A stretch of 64,000 bases of DNA from an uncultured Desulfomonile sp. (lineage in GTDB: Bacteria; Desulfobacterota; Desulfomonilia; Desulfomonilales; Desulfomonilaceae). The stretch is taken from NCBI GenBank assembly GCA_903896745.1, contig CAITZA010000221.1, positions 1,041-65,040 of the forward strand, written 5' to 3'. The notes under the pieces were generated by a model that was given only the letters and a program-made list of their open reading frames with translations, did no database searches and was not told the DNA's origin. The position numbers and the translations under genes were made by a program. Below, piece after piece: positions 27,337 to 37,450 of the stretch (position 1 is its first letter; the number at the start of each line of letters is the position of its first letter).

Positions 27337-28731
27337 ATGTGGATGATTATGTCAAAAAATGGAGATATTATGTCTTCAAAATCTGTCCCCGTTGATTTCA
27401 GAGGCGCCACTGTTTCCGCTTTAGAGAACTTGACGCTTCGAGGGGCAATGAAAACGGCTACTGACATGTTTGCCGTCAAGAGAGCTCAGGGTGTGTCTTC
27501 GATCCCTTTAGAGGAATGGCGTCAACAGGCGTCAGAGACACGCTGCCAGGTTCTAGACAATCTTGAAGCCATGGTCGATGAGTTTTCCGCTAACGCCACT
27601 AAAGCCGGCGCAGTCATACATAGGGCTAAGGATGCTGAAACAGCCAGACGCATTATTCTGGATATTCTGAAGGATAACCGTGTTCATAAGCTGGTTAAGG
27701 CAAAATCGATGGTTTCAGAAGAGATCCATTTGAATCGTTTTCTGGAACAGCATGATATCAAGGTTGTTGAAACCGATTTAGGCGAATATATTGTTCAAAT
27801 TGCCGACGAAACGCCTTCCCATATTCTAGCGCCTGCCATACACAAAAATCGTCGCCAGGTTGGGTTACTTTTTTCGGAAAAACTTGGAGTAGATTATTCT
27901 GAGGATCCGGAAGTATTAACAAAGATTGCCAGGCGACAGCTTCGAAACGAGTTTCTGACTGCGGACGCGGGTTTTTCAGGCGCCAATTTTGCCGTCTCAA
28001 GTACTGGTAGTCTGGCTATTTTCACCAATGAGGGCAATGGGCGTATGTGTACGACAGTACCTCCATTGCATATAGCGCTTCTAACAATTGAAAAAATGCT
28101 CCCAACCCTGGCTGATCTAGCCCTATTTGCCAAATTACTCCCACGGTCGGCTACCGGGCAGTTTCTTTCCTCTTATATGACTCTGATCACGGGAACAAAA
28201 AAGACCGGGGAATTTACAGGCGCTGGCCATCTGCATATAGTTCTGCTGGATAATGGCAGAACCGACATCCTTCGAGGTCCTTTCAGGGACATTCTCAAAT
28301 GTATTAGATGCAGCGCCTGCATGAATGTTTGCCCAGTATACAGGACTGTGGGCGGACATGCTTATGATTCCACATATTCCGGACCGATGGGTATAATTTT
28401 GACTAATCTGCTTGAAGGCATGGAAAGAGCGCATACCCTTCTAGACGCATCGACTTTGTGTGGCGCTTGTGAAGACGCCTGTCCTGTAAAATTACCTTTG
28501 GTGAGTCTTATTAGCGCGCTTCGGGAGAAAAGGGTTGAAATGAACATGGGGCCGGTCATTGAGCATTTCTTGATGAAATCATTTGGTTTGGCGGCGCAAA
28601 AACCTGGACTATACGCATTTGCTCAAAAAATGTTCAAGAAAACCAGACCTCTTGTCAATCGTGTTGGCGACGGATTGAGGCTGGACAGATTACCAGAAAT
28701 ATCTGAAAAACCGATGAGAGATCGTTTTTGA
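27337..28731 (+). CDS. LutB/LldF-like LUD-domain iron-sulfur protein
   Basis: It has a DUF162/LUD signature (VKAKSMVSEEI...VETDLGEYIVQ...PSHILAPAIH) followed by CIRCSACMNVCPVY and CGACEDACPV. The start is probably the ATG at 27349 or 27370. Confidence 0.8.
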   Translation: MWMIMSKNGDIMSSKSVPVDFRGATVSALENLTLRGAMKTATDMFAVKRAQGVSSIPLEEWRQQASETRCQVLDNLEAMVDEFSANATKAGAVIHRAKDAETARRIILDILKDNRVHKLVKAKSMVSEEIHLNRFLEQHDIKVVETDLGEYIVQIADETPSHILAPAIHKNRRQVGLLFSEKLGVDYSEDPEVLTKIARRQLRNEFLTADAGFSGANFAVSSTGSLAIFTNEGNGRMCTTVPPLHIALLTIEKMLPTLADLALFAKLLPRSATGQFLSSYMTLITGTKKTGEFTGAGHLHIVLLDNGRTDILRGPFRDILKCIRCSACMNVCPVYRTVGGHAYDSTYSGPMGIILTNLLEGMERAHTLLDASTLCGACEDACPVKLPLVSLISALREKRVEMNMGPVIEHFLMKSFGLAAQKPGLYAFAQKMFKKTRPLVNRVGDGLRLDRLPEISEKPMRDRF

Positions 28732-28799
28732 TTCATTAGAGTTATGAGCAGTTCTTTAGGCCTCTTTTACATTTTTTTCAAATTTACGGAAAAGGCGGT

Positions 28800-29645
28800 A
28801 TGAGCATGGACATTAATGAACCGGCAATAACCGGAGATCAGGTTCTGGTTCTGGACGATTCGAACTTCAGTCATGGCAATGTTTGTATTGTAACTGGAGC
28901 TGGAGGTGGTATCGGTAGAGCGACTGCCATAGCATGCTCTGTTAACGGTCTGAATGTCATCGGATTGGACATAAACGCCGAGGAAGGCAATAACACTGTT
29001 CGAATGGCAAATGCGCTCGGTGGAGAAATGACTTTCATCAAGACAGACCTAACTAATGATGATGATGTTGAAAATGCTGTGAAAGAGGCGTCCAGGTTGG
29101 GGAACGTAAAATATCTGGCAAACATCGCTGGAATTCAGCACATTGATTCTGTGGAAAACTTTCCGATGGAAAAATACGATCTGATGCAAAAAATCATGCT
29201 CAGAGCTCCTTTCTTGCTGTCCAAGCTAACCATACCGCTTATGAAAAAAAGTTCGGATGGAATAGGGGTGATCGGAAACATGTCTTCTGTTCATGGACAT
29301 ATCTGCACCATGAACAAGCCCGTTTACAATATTACCAAATTCGGTTTGCGAGCCTTATCTCAATCAATTTCGGCGGAAGGCGAAGGAAAAATCAGGTCCT
29401 TCAGTGTTAGCGTAGGCTTTGTAAAAACCGGCCTGGCCTTAAAACAAATTCCTGCTCAGGCCGCCCAGCGAGGCATTACTCATGAAGAAGTCGTGCGTGA
29501 TGTCATGATGGGGAAATCCAGAATAAAGGAAATGATGGAGCCTATTGATGTGGGAAATCTGTTTATACTGGGTTTTTCCAAGTATTCCAGTTATCTTGTA
29601 GGAGGCGATCTGTTGTTTGACGGGGGAATGGTGTTGACATACTAG
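28800..29645 (+). CDS. Short-chain dehydrogenase/reductase (3-hydroxybutyrate dehydrogenase-like)
   Basis: It has VTGAGGGIGRA (the TGxxxGxG motif), NIAGI and the catalytic YNITK. Confidence 0.85.
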   Translation: MSMDINEPAITGDQVLVLDDSNFSHGNVCIVTGAGGGIGRATAIACSVNGLNVIGLDINAEEGNNTVRMANALGGEMTFIKTDLTNDDDVENAVKEASRLGNVKYLANIAGIQHIDSVENFPMEKYDLMQKIMLRAPFLLSKLTIPLMKKSSDGIGVIGNMSSVHGHICTMNKPVYNITKFGLRALSQSISAEGEGKIRSFSVSVGFVKTGLALKQIPAQAAQRGITHEEVVRDVMMGKSRIKEMMEPIDVGNLFILGFSKYSSYLVGGDLLFDGGMVLTY

Positions 29646-29768
29646 GCGTTGTCCCAAGATAGTTTAATGTGAGAAGTCTTGCTTGAGAGACCATGAACAT
29701 TTATTAATGCTCTGGTAAGTTTTGGGTTGCGGTTTTCAATAGGATTGAGCCAATCATCGGGACATTCT

Positions 29769-32700
29769 TTAGTCCTTGGATAGACGCCAGGGCTTTGAAT
29801 TCGTCTGTGAACCCTGAATAGCAGCCTTTACGGCCTTGGCCAGAATCCTTTTTGTAAAAGGTTTTTGTAATGTTTGGTTCACCGTTGTGACATCCTCATC
29901 AGAGAGTTCATGGTCTGCGTCATAACCCGTTGACAATATGACAGGAATTTCCGGCCTTATTTTTTTTATTTCCTGAGCCAGCGCAACTCCGGTCATTTCA
30001 TTCATGGTCAAATCCGTTATCACGAGGTCAAAATCGTACGGGCTAATCCTGAACATGTTCAGAGCCACAATGGGATTTACAAAGGTAACTACTTTATATC
30101 CATGGCTTTCCAAGGTTTCTCTTGCTATTTCACACACCACTTTTTCGTCATCCACAACCATGATCCTTTGATCACCTGACAGATTTGTATCAGCTTCTTC
30201 ATCATTCAAGGTATCCGCGGATTCTATTATGGGGAAAAATATTTCAAAACTGGCCCCGTGATCATAAGTTTCGTCGATACGAATCAGACCTGAGTGACTG
30301 ACCACGATCCCATGAACCACGGCCAGTCCCAAACCACTTCCCTCCCCTGGCGCCTTGGTAGTAAAATATGGCTCAAAAATCCTGTCTCTTATTTCCGGAT
30401 CAATACCGGGACCTGTGTCCCTGACCGTGAGTTTCAAGTAATCTCCAGGTTTCAACATAGGATTTCCCATCGGTTCAGGCTGAATAATTTCGCTGAGCTC
30501 CAAACAGATTTCCAGGACCCCTCCCTTTCTACGCATGGCATAACCGGCGTTAGAACACAGGTTCATCAAGACTTGATGAATCTGGACCGGGTCTCCCATA
30601 ATCATGCTATCCGGAGCCTGTATTTTGCTTTGAACGTTGATGGTCGCAGGCAATGACGCATCCAGAAACTTCACGGTTTCTTTTATTAAGGGAACTATGT
30701 TGAGTGGTTTCTTCTGCTGCTCGCCCTTCCGACAAAATGTAAGTATCTGGCTGACGAGATCTCTGGCACGCCCCGAGGCTTCAAGGATCAGTTCCAACTG
30801 CAATGAAACATCCTGGTTACGGGTTGTTTCCGTTAAGGCTATTTCAGCGTTACCCATTATGATCGTAAGAACGTTGTTGAAATCATGGGCCACTCCACCA
30901 GCCAGTGTTCCCAACGCCTCCATTTTCTGGGCATGCAACAATTGATTGCGTAAGGCAATTTCCTGACTTTTGTCTATCACAAAAGCCAGAAGCTCGGACT
31001 CCGATTCCTGACTCAATCTGCTGCAATATAAAGAAACGTCAAAAACTTGATCGTCTTTCCGGATGGCTTTTAATGACGAGTACTCTTTTGAGCATACGTT
31101 TTGAGTAGAATTCGACTCCGAAAGTCCATGATCCTGTTCTCCATCAATGAAAAGACCCCCCAGAGACAGACCTTCAATTTCTTCATTCGAAGAAAAACCA
31201 TACATTTGTGCAAGACAATGGTTTGCGTACGAAATCACTCCCTGGTTCGCTATGAATATTCCGATTGGAGCTGATTCGAACAAATTCTTGAGTTTTTCCT
31301 CGGAATTTTGGATTGCTGACTGGGCAATCTTTAGTTCGTTAATCATTCTTGCCTGAGACAAGTTCTGGAGACCCAGCATTGACACTTGACCGGATATCAG
31401 ACGGAGAAAATTGGCCACATCCTGAAGCCTTTTCCCGCATTTTTTTGGAGAAGATGCCAGTGACCTGAAAAGCGCTGATGGATCTACCCCGATGTCCTGA
31501 GCCAACCGTTCGACTTCTCCAGGATCAGGCTCATTTTCGAAGCTTTGCCCTATTTTCCAGGCCCCTACGTGGTGTCCCCTAATACTGATCGGAATCACGT
31601 AGCAGGTATCTCCTGTTAACAGAAAGTTTTGGAGTAAAAAGATCGTCTCGGTCCCGGTTTTTGAGATTATCCCGAGATTTTTCGTTTCCGCAAGCCTCCT
31701 TCCGTCTTCCGTTGAATACACAGTCGCATAAAAATCTGAAACACGCCTGGGAGCAGTAATTTGCCTTCCCGTTGTTCCGATCAGTTCTACGGGAATATTC
31801 CAGAAGTCGGAAACAGATTCCTGGATTTCCTGGAGGACTCTAATGTCCATGATCTCTGTCAAATCAATGGCGCCAATATTCAAATCCGGTCTGGTTAAAG
31901 CCCATAGTCTCCTGTCCAGGGCTTCTTCTACTCGCTTTCGCAGTTTTATTTCCTCGCTCAGCTTAACATTGATTTGTTCTAACTGTTTTGTTCGTTCTTT
32001 TATTCTCGCTTCAAGTTCGATATTGGAATCCCTGAGTTCCTGTTCAATTCTCTTAGGTTCAGTAATGTCCCGTCCAATGAACTGAAATTCCAACTGTTCA
32101 TCTTCTGAGGAAGACCTGATGTCTACAGTCCAATTGAAAATTCTTGATTCGCTGGAAGCTGTCAGCAAGGGGCACTCGTAAGAACCTGTATGATCTGCGC
32201 AACTATAGGTTTTTAAAAATTCTCTAAAGCCTTCTCTGAAATATTCCGGAATAAAAGAATCAAATTGGAGGCCTGTCAGGTTTTCTCTGGATAAGGAACT
32301 ATATTTACAGAACGCATTGTTTACAAAAGTGATCACACTGTCTTGGGTAAATCTGACAATAAGATCTGAGCTGGAATCAATTATATTGAGGGCTTCTTCA
32401 CTCTTTTTCCTTCTAAATTGATCCCGAAGGTATTCATGCCCCAGAACCATTAGTAATGCGCATAGATTGGACATGTCAGGGCTTGCAATTCCGGATATCT
32501 CGAGGCCGCAATAACTATCACCCGTATCATCTTCCTGTTGAGTCCATCTACATACGGCTTCAAGTGAGAAGCTTGCCAGATTCAAATTATCCGGAGGGCA
32601 TATTTTGAGCCTGAGAGGTTCCCGCACGCTGCAACGAATACCCCGAACTCCAAGACCCCGGACAGTCATGTTAATGACTGTTCCACAATTTTCCGGATTT

Positions 32701-32888
32701 GCTATCACATGAACCGGAACTTCTACAAGGAGAGGTTTGCGATCCAGCACTCTAACCTGCTTCGCAGATTCCACCGTAGGAAAGATAGGGCTTAAATCCA
32801 GGTTAAGGGTCTCAAGATCTGAGACCCGGCTCCGGAGCTTTTGTATTTCTTTTTGTAATTCTTCATATTCTGGGGTGCTATCAGACAT
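29769..32888 (-). CDS. Cytoplasmic hybrid sensor histidine kinase/response regulator (coiled coil, possible PilZ-like barrel, PAS, GAF-like, PAS, HisKA, HATPase, REC)
   Basis: The ORF is 1039 aa. The H-box is [11 protein letters not shown] and ATPase boxes include GPGIDPE and GSGLGLAV. The C-terminal receiver has IMVVDDE...DLVITDLTM. The PilZ-like call ([12 protein letters not shown]) is weak. Confidence 0.85.
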   Translation of the reverse strand: MSDSTPEYEELQKEIQKLRSRVSDLETLNLDLSPIFPTVESAKQVRVLDRKPLLVEVPVHVIANPENCGTVINMTVRGLGVRGIRCSVREPLRLKICPPDNLNLASFSLEAVCRWTQQEDDTGDSYCGLEISGIASPDMSNLCALLMVLGHEYLRDQFRRKKSEEALNIIDSSSDLIVRFTQDSVITFVNNAFCKYSSLSRENLTGLQFDSFIPEYFREGFREFLKTYSCADHTGSYECPLLTASSESRIFNWTVDIRSSSEDEQLEFQFIGRDITEPKRIEQELRDSNIELEARIKERTKQLEQINVKLSEEIKLRKRVEEALDRRLWALTRPDLNIGAIDLTEIMDIRVLQEIQESVSDFWNIPVELIGTTGRQITAPRRVSDFYATVYSTEDGRRLAETKNLGIISKTGTETIFLLQNFLLTGDTCYVIPISIRGHHVGAWKIGQSFENEPDPGEVERLAQDIGVDPSALFRSLASSPKKCGKRLQDVANFLRLISGQVSMLGLQNLSQARMINELKIAQSAIQNSEEKLKNLFESAPIGIFIANQGVISYANHCLAQMYGFSSNEEIEGLSLGGLFIDGEQDHGLSESNSTQNVCSKEYSSLKAIRKDDQVFDVSLYCSRLSQESESELLAFVIDKSQEIALRNQLLHAQKMEALGTLAGGVAHDFNNVLTIIMGNAEIALTETTRNQDVSLQLELILEASGRARDLVSQILTFCRKGEQQKKPLNIVPLIKETVKFLDASLPATINVQSKIQAPDSMIMGDPVQIHQVLMNLCSNAGYAMRRKGGVLEICLELSEIIQPEPMGNPMLKPGDYLKLTVRDTGPGIDPEIRDRIFEPYFTTKAPGEGSGLGLAVVHGIVVSHSGLIRIDETYDHGASFEIFFPIIESADTLNDEEADTNLSGDQRIMVVDDEKVVCEIARETLESHGYKVVTFVNPIVALNMFRISPYDFDLVITDLTMNEMTGVALAQEIKKIRPEIPVILSTGYDADHELSDEDVTTVNQTLQKPFTKRILAKAVKAAIQGSQTNSKPWRLSKD

Positions 32889-33326
32889 GTATTACCTTCC
32901 ATTCAGCGCATTACAAATTCGGGCTGTGATCAACCATTCCAATTACTTACTATTGATGGAGCGTTTCAGGCGCTTGCCTTTTTCCTGATGCTTTATGAAC
33001 TCCAAAGGGATGTGCCCCGATTTAGTCAGAAAATATCCATTTATTTCTATGCATTAATGACTATATGCATGATGCCGCATGTTTCGCGTCATCATTTTCG
33101 GCTAAGCCCTGCTTAAATGAAAATAACGATTTATAGCCAAATGTCATGAAGGCTTTGGCCGGCTCTGCGAGTTATTTTGTTGCGTTGCGATTTGAACCAG
33201 ATTTGTCCCAAGGATATTTTATTTTTTGATTAATGTGCTAGAATTAGGATATATTGTAAATCAGTTTTTAAACATTGGGGACAGGAAATTCTTTGACAAA
33301 TTGTTCATCATTTTCAGGCATACAAA

Positions 33327-34076
33327 ATGACTCGTGAAAACCAATCCATCAAGCTGACATCAGCTATGGAAGATTATTTGGAGGCGATATATCACCTGGA
33401 GCAGGAAAGGCGAATAGCTCGTGTGCGTGACATAGCCCTTAAACTCAATGTTCGAATGTCATCTGTAAGCGCTGCCCTCAAGACCCTTGGATCAAGAGAT
33501 CTCATAAAATATGATCCCCATCAGTTCATAACCCTTACGGAAAAAGGGCTGACCAGAGCCAGAGAAATAGTCAGAAACCATGAAATTCTCAAGAGATTCC
33601 TGACTAAAGTTTTGCAGATTGAAGAGTCTGTGGCTGAAGATAACGCCTGCAGGATTGAACATCATCTTGATCCGCAAGTTATTGAAAAGCTGATTCGTTT
33701 CGTTGAAATGGTCGAACTGTGCCCGGTCGAACATATAAAACGATTTGAAAAATACGCCAAAACTTGCGAAAACTGCGAGCCATGCTTGGAAGAAGCTCGA
33801 AAAAAACTTACCAACAGGACTCAGGCTCAAAAAAACGCTATGGAAGCCGGCCTGACCCTTTCCGAAGCAGTCATTGGCGCTCAGTTGTTGGTTCAGTCTG
33901 TCGCAGGAACAAAAGACTTTAGAGAGTTGTTAGCCAAAGATGGTCTGGAACAGGGCGCGATTATTATCATCGAGAAACTGAATCCGGATGAAAACCTTAT
34001 TTCACTCAATATCAATGGCTACCATGTTTCCATACCGCAACTTGATGCCAGAAAAATATTTGTCAAACCTCTCTGA
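33327..34076 (+). CDS. DtxR/IdeR-family metal-dependent repressor with C-terminal FeoA/SH3-like domain
   Basis: It has MEDYLEAIYHLEQERRIARVRDIALKLNVRMSSVSAALKTL (wHTH) and metal-site-like residues HEILKRF and NACRIEHHLD. A Cys-rich linker (CPVEH...CENCEPC) and an FeoA-like tail follow. Confidence 0.8.
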   Translation: MTRENQSIKLTSAMEDYLEAIYHLEQERRIARVRDIALKLNVRMSSVSAALKTLGSRDLIKYDPHQFITLTEKGLTRAREIVRNHEILKRFLTKVLQIEESVAEDNACRIEHHLDPQVIEKLIRFVEMVELCPVEHIKRFEKYAKTCENCEPCLEEARKKLTNRTQAQKNAMEAGLTLSEAVIGAQLLVQSVAGTKDFRELLAKDGLEQGAIIIIEKLNPDENLISLNINGYHVSIPQLDARKIFVKPL

Positions 34077-34108
34077 CGACTTGGATTTTAAGCATTCATA
34101 CACAAAAA

Positions 34109-34264
34109 TTAAAGCAAATATTTAATTATTGCGCTGATCAATATCACCAACACTCCCGCAATCAAGAGATACGGTCCCGCTTTTATCTCTTCGTTCATCT
34201 GGCTAGGCGTATGCCTATCCGTACATCCACCTCCACAGTTGCTACAATTATGATCAACAGCCAT
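34109..34264 (-). CDS. Unannotated 51-aa Cys-rich, C-terminally anchored membrane peptide
   Basis: I hand-translated it as MAVDHNCSNCGGGCTDRHTPSQMNEEIKAGPYLLIAGVLVILISAIIKYLL*. A GGAGA RBS lies 8 nt upstream of the ATG. It falls below the 60-aa cutoff of the ORF track. Confidence 0.5.
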   Translation of the reverse strand: MAVDHNCSNCGGGCTDRHTPSQMNEEIKAGPYLLIAGVLVILISAIIKYLL

Positions 34265-34720
34265 TTTAATTTCTCCCTGATGAATCTAGTAATCATTCAT
34301 ATTACACGCGTTAAACACTGGTATTCAAGTCTCCTACCATATTTGATGCCGATCGGGTCTATTAAGTTCACGTAAAACCGTTCTGATGCAAAATAGTTTT
34401 GGGGCTCTTCGGTATTTCCCTGTGTGGCAGTTAAAGTGCGGAATATTTTCAAATGAGCCTTCCAGAATAAATCAGTCAAATTACTTCCGTAACTACAGAC
34501 AGATGTCTATATAACAGCATTATGATTATTATATTTTAGTAATTTAACTTATCAATAAAACATTATGCATAAGCATTATTACTAGCAATTATCTTGGCTT
34601 TATGGTCTGTGTTGTGGTATCATTCTTTCCATCAATTACGATTACCTTGAGTTTTGTTTAGTTTGCTTGCGCTATTCCTCGAGGTAATTAAACGTCCGGT
34701 TCTAGTACGATTTTAAATCA

Positions 34721-37402
34721 ATGCCAGAAAAGAAATTGCTAAAAGAGCCTCCTTTCAAGAAATTGCCTGGTATAGAGGTGTGCGCGCCCAGATCATCTGG
34801 AGGAGACGCCTCAGGAATCGCATTACTTGCAATATCGGTTTTTCTCTTCTTGTCATTATTGTCGTACGACCCGCGGGACCCATCATTAAATGTCGTCACT
34901 ACCCGCCCTTCCGTATCAAATCTTTGTGGATTAATTGGATCTTATATAGCCGATGGTCTGGTTCAGATCCTTGGAATCGGTTCATTCCTAGCCCCGATTG
35001 CTCTTATTATCGTGTCATTAAGAATTTTTAGCCCTTCAAGAAACAGACTGACATTTTGGGATTATTTTAGCCTTTTTGGTTTGGTCATAGTTGTTTCGGG
35101 ATTGTTGGACAGATATGGAACTGTCCCGTTACTCAAGTTTCCTGTAGATTTTCCCGGAGGAGCGATAGGCGCTTTTTTTAACGGAGCAATAACCAAGTTT
35201 TTCGGGACAGCCGGCGGAATGCTTGTAAGTTTTACCTTGCTACTTCTATACATCCTTCAGTTGACCAAAAGGTCAGTAAGACGATTCATGCAAGCGCTCA
35301 TATCAGCCGGACAGCTTCCCGCTTGGTTAATGAATATCGGGTGGGCCGGTTTAAAGCAATATGCGTTGAGTTTGAAGTCCCGGATTCAGCTATGGAACTC
35401 TTCCAGACTTGAAAATGGGTTTCAAAATGTAAAAACTGGATCAGAGGTTCGGGCCTTCAGCCATCCTTCAAATTTCACGCAATATATTGAGGAACCAGAA
35501 GTCGCAAAGCATGCCCCGATCGATGGGCCGGAAATTGGCGGTCTTTCTTGGGAGAGACTTTCCTGCCTGCCTGTTGATGACCTGCCTCAGGCAAGTATTC
35601 CTGAATACAATGCGCCTGAAAGTAGCGCGACAAAATCGCGAGTCACAAAACAAGCTGAATTGGCTCAACAAAACAAACCTGCCAAGGTTTTCAGATGGAA
35701 ATCCATAGAGATAGACAATGACCTGTCGGAAGCGGATGATGATTCTGGAGTGGAAGATGATTTGAGGCCAACTCCTGCAATGGCTGTGACTGAGTCTGTT
35801 TCCCAAAAGGCGGCCACCATTGAGGCCGATGATCTGACTGAGCATGAAACTGTCCCCATACGCCCGATAAAGGTTACCAAGAGGGCAGATGAAAAACCCC
35901 TGAATCAAAATGTGGGACAAATAAAACTTGATGACACCGACTATCAGTTACCGGGCCTGGATTTGCTGGATAATCCCCCTGAGTCCATGCGCATGGTGGA
36001 CGAGAAAATTCTTGAAATTAACGCTCGGGTGCTCGAGCAGAAGCTTGCCGACCTAGGAATCAAGGGGGAAGTTGTTGAGATTCATCCCGGGCCGGTCATT
36101 ACGATGTATGAACTGAACCTGGCCTCTGGAATTCCACTTAGAAGAGTTCTAAACACCTCCGACGATTTGGCGATGGCCCTCAAGTCAGGGTCTACCAGAG
36201 TTGTGGCTCCAATTCCCGGCAAGGATACCGTTGGGATAGAGGTGCCCAATCTTAATCGTGAAATCGTTTATTTTAAGGAGATCATCGAATCCAGCGCTTT
36301 CATCTCGTCTAATAGTCCTTTGAAAATGGCTTTGGGAAAGGAAATAGATGGGGAACCTTTTGTTTCGAGCCTGGCTCGAATGCCTCACCTGCTAATAGCA
36401 GGCGCTACAGGAACCGGTAAATCGGTCGGGTTAAATTGTTTGATTTGTTCGTGGCTCATGTCCTGCAGCCCTGACGATGTTAAATTTCTGATGGTTGACC
36501 CCAAGAAGCTCGAATTATCGTATTATCAAGACATCCCTCATCTCATTCATCCAGTTGTGACTGAGGCGGAGAAGGTTCCCAAGGTTTTAAGCTGGGCAAT
36601 AAGGGAAATGGAACGCCGATACGATCTTTTGAGCAAGGCAGGCGCTAAAAATATCGAGGGCTACAACCAGAAGATCAAATCGGAAAATCATTTGATCGAG
36701 CCTGATGCCGAACTCCCGAACAAGTTGCCTTACATTATTATTATAATTGATGAGCTTGCGGAATTGATGATGGTAGCGGCCAAGGACATTGAGATTTCAA
36801 TAGCCAGATTGGCCCAGATGGCCAGAGCGGCGGGGATTCATTTGATTCTGGCCACTCAAAGACCTTCGGTAGATGTCATCACAGGAGTCATCAAAGCTAA
36901 TTTTCCCGCCAGAATATCCTATCAGGTATCAGCCAAACCGGATTCTCGAACAATTCTGGATACGGTGGGAGCGGAGAACCTCCTTGGAATGGGGGATATG
37001 CTTTTTCTGCCGCCAGGAACCTCAAAAATGAGAAGGCTTCACGGCGCCTTTGTGTCCGAAAATGAAATCCGAAAAATTGCTGATTTTGCCAAGTCGCAAA
37101 GATCACCGGTATACTTGAGCGAGATTACCTCTCATGTGTTGGATGCGGATTCGGGCTCAAGCGCTTCCGATTCTATTGATGATGAAAAATATGACGAAGC
37201 CGTAGCCCTTGTTACCAGGCTTGGTCACGCCTCTATTTCTCTGATTCAAAGGCACATGCGAATAGGCTACAATCGGGCTGCGCGTATAATCGAGACCATG
37301 GAGGGCGAAGGTATAATAGGCCCGTCTGATGGCACTAGCCGCCCACGTGAGGTTTTGGCAAGGTCGCTTGATTTCATTCCTGATGGCAGGCTAGGCGCGT
37401 GA
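34721..37402 (+). CDS. ftsK: DNA translocase FtsK
   Basis: It has N-terminal TM segments (LSLLSYDPRDPS) and a long acidic/proline linker. The motor has Walker A GATGTGKS and IIIIIDELAELMM, and a C-terminal gamma wHTH domain is present. Confidence 0.9.
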   Translation: MPEKKLLKEPPFKKLPGIEVCAPRSSGGDASGIALLAISVFLFLSLLSYDPRDPSLNVVTTRPSVSNLCGLIGSYIADGLVQILGIGSFLAPIALIIVSLRIFSPSRNRLTFWDYFSLFGLVIVVSGLLDRYGTVPLLKFPVDFPGGAIGAFFNGAITKFFGTAGGMLVSFTLLLLYILQLTKRSVRRFMQALISAGQLPAWLMNIGWAGLKQYALSLKSRIQLWNSSRLENGFQNVKTGSEVRAFSHPSNFTQYIEEPEVAKHAPIDGPEIGGLSWERLSCLPVDDLPQASIPEYNAPESSATKSRVTKQAELAQQNKPAKVFRWKSIEIDNDLSEADDDSGVEDDLRPTPAMAVTESVSQKAATIEADDLTEHETVPIRPIKVTKRADEKPLNQNVGQIKLDDTDYQLPGLDLLDNPPESMRMVDEKILEINARVLEQKLADLGIKGEVVEIHPGPVITMYELNLASGIPLRRVLNTSDDLAMALKSGSTRVVAPIPGKDTVGIEVPNLNREIVYFKEIIESSAFISSNSPLKMALGKEIDGEPFVSSLARMPHLLIAGATGTGKSVGLNCLICSWLMSCSPDDVKFLMVDPKKLELSYYQDIPHLIHPVVTEAEKVPKVLSWAIREMERRYDLLSKAGAKNIEGYNQKIKSENHLIEPDAELPNKLPYIIIIIDELAELMMVAAKDIEISIARLAQMARAAGIHLILATQRPSVDVITGVIKANFPARISYQVSAKPDSRTILDTVGAENLLGMGDMLFLPPGTSKMRRLHGAFVSENEIRKIADFAKSQRSPVYLSEITSHVLDADSGSSASDSIDDEKYDEAVALVTRLGHASISLIQRHMRIGYNRAARIIETMEGEGIIGPSDGTSRPREVLARSLDFIPDGRLGA

Positions 37403-37450
37403 ACAAAGTTTCGCAGGCCCTAATGGCTATAAAAAACTTCAACAATGACA

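Noticed and set aside
34425-34439. Sigma-54-like TGGCAG-TTAAA-GTGC on the plus strand, about 300 nt upstream of ftsK
   Set aside because: The GG and GC spacing is right, but both the -12 element (GTGC instead of TTGC) and the -24 flank deviate. It has no supporting context, unlike the perfect site at 12040-12055.
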